From an uncultured Candidatus Altimarinota bacterium (GTDB taxonomy: Bacteria; Patescibacteriota; Gracilibacteria; CAIRYL01): DNA of 38,616 bases. The translations under genes and the position numbers were made by a program. Under the pieces are notes generated by a model that was not told the origin of the DNA, made no database searches, and saw only the letters and a list, made by a program, of their open reading frames with translations. Of this stretch, positions 38,508-38,616 are shown in pieces. Position 1 is the stretch's first letter; each line of letters opens with the position of its first letter. Location: contig CAMZKZ010000041.1 of assembly GCA_947311645.1 (NCBI GenBank), forward strand, positions 1 to 38,616, in the 5' to 3' direction.

Positions 38508-38616
38508 ATAATTATTTTTTATCTCTCGAAAACAGTATTACTTTTTTATTTCACAAAATCTTTCCACCATTCTGGTTCAGCTTTTCGTAAATTATCAAAA
38601 TCTTTATCATTTTCAA

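Noticed and set aside
1-38616. Alternative genetic code, with TGA read as Gly or Trp as in some reduced lineages.
   Set aside because: All conserved genes are full length under the standard code, so none has an in-frame TGA. TGA is merely rare as a stop (once, at 16353-16355), which strong AT bias explains. The one in-frame TAA in leuS is isolated, while TAA terminates most genes.
38546-38616. Open minus-strand frame running off the window end (…ENDKDFDNLRKAEPEWWKDFVK-stop).
   Set aside because: Only 22 codons are visible, which is too short to call a gene or assign a family. It may be the 3' end of a real gene convergent with leuS.

Overview
This is an AT-rich (about 30% GC by eye, not computed), very gene-dense bacterial chromosomal segment. 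It holds about 35 protein genes and one tRNA, with short spacers and several abutting or overlapping genes.

The standard genetic code fits. All conserved genes are full length. TAA and TAG dominate as stops, and I found TGA as a stop only once.

Most content is housekeeping:
- tRNA-Val, radA and gyrA
- a TrpR/YerC-like gene followed by hisC-hisD-hisB
- a murD-like gene with a PP-loop partner
- aroC, purK, hom-lysC, rpe-thyA, trxA, murJ and leuS
- envelope and glycosylation genes: an O-antigen-ligase-like protein, a GtrA-GT2 fusion, an FdtA-like cupin and a PMT/GT39-like mannosyltransferase

Most start codons lack a Shine-Dalgarno motif. The overall style resembles a reduced, uncultivated lineage such as CPR/Patescibacteria, but that is inference only. 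I saw no rRNA, CRISPR array, transposase or integrase.

The items most worth a second look are:
1. leuS carries an insertion of about 186 aa that reads as a complete alpha/beta serine hydrolase, just upstream of the retained CP1 editing domain. It also has a single in-frame TAA at a conserved Gln position.
2. A 1109-aa RelA/SpoT homologue has an intact HD hydrolase, a degenerate synthetase and a TGS domain. These are fused to about 14-15 C-terminal transmembrane helices, including an EamA/DMT-like module. Its stop codon abuts that of a SLATT/DUF4231-like 2TM protein.
3. A divergent MurD-like ligase sits 13 nt downstream of a 481-aa PP-loop protein. This pair is a candidate MurD2/MurL-type route to D-Glu in peptidoglycan.

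All family assignments come from motif recognition by eye. No database search was run.
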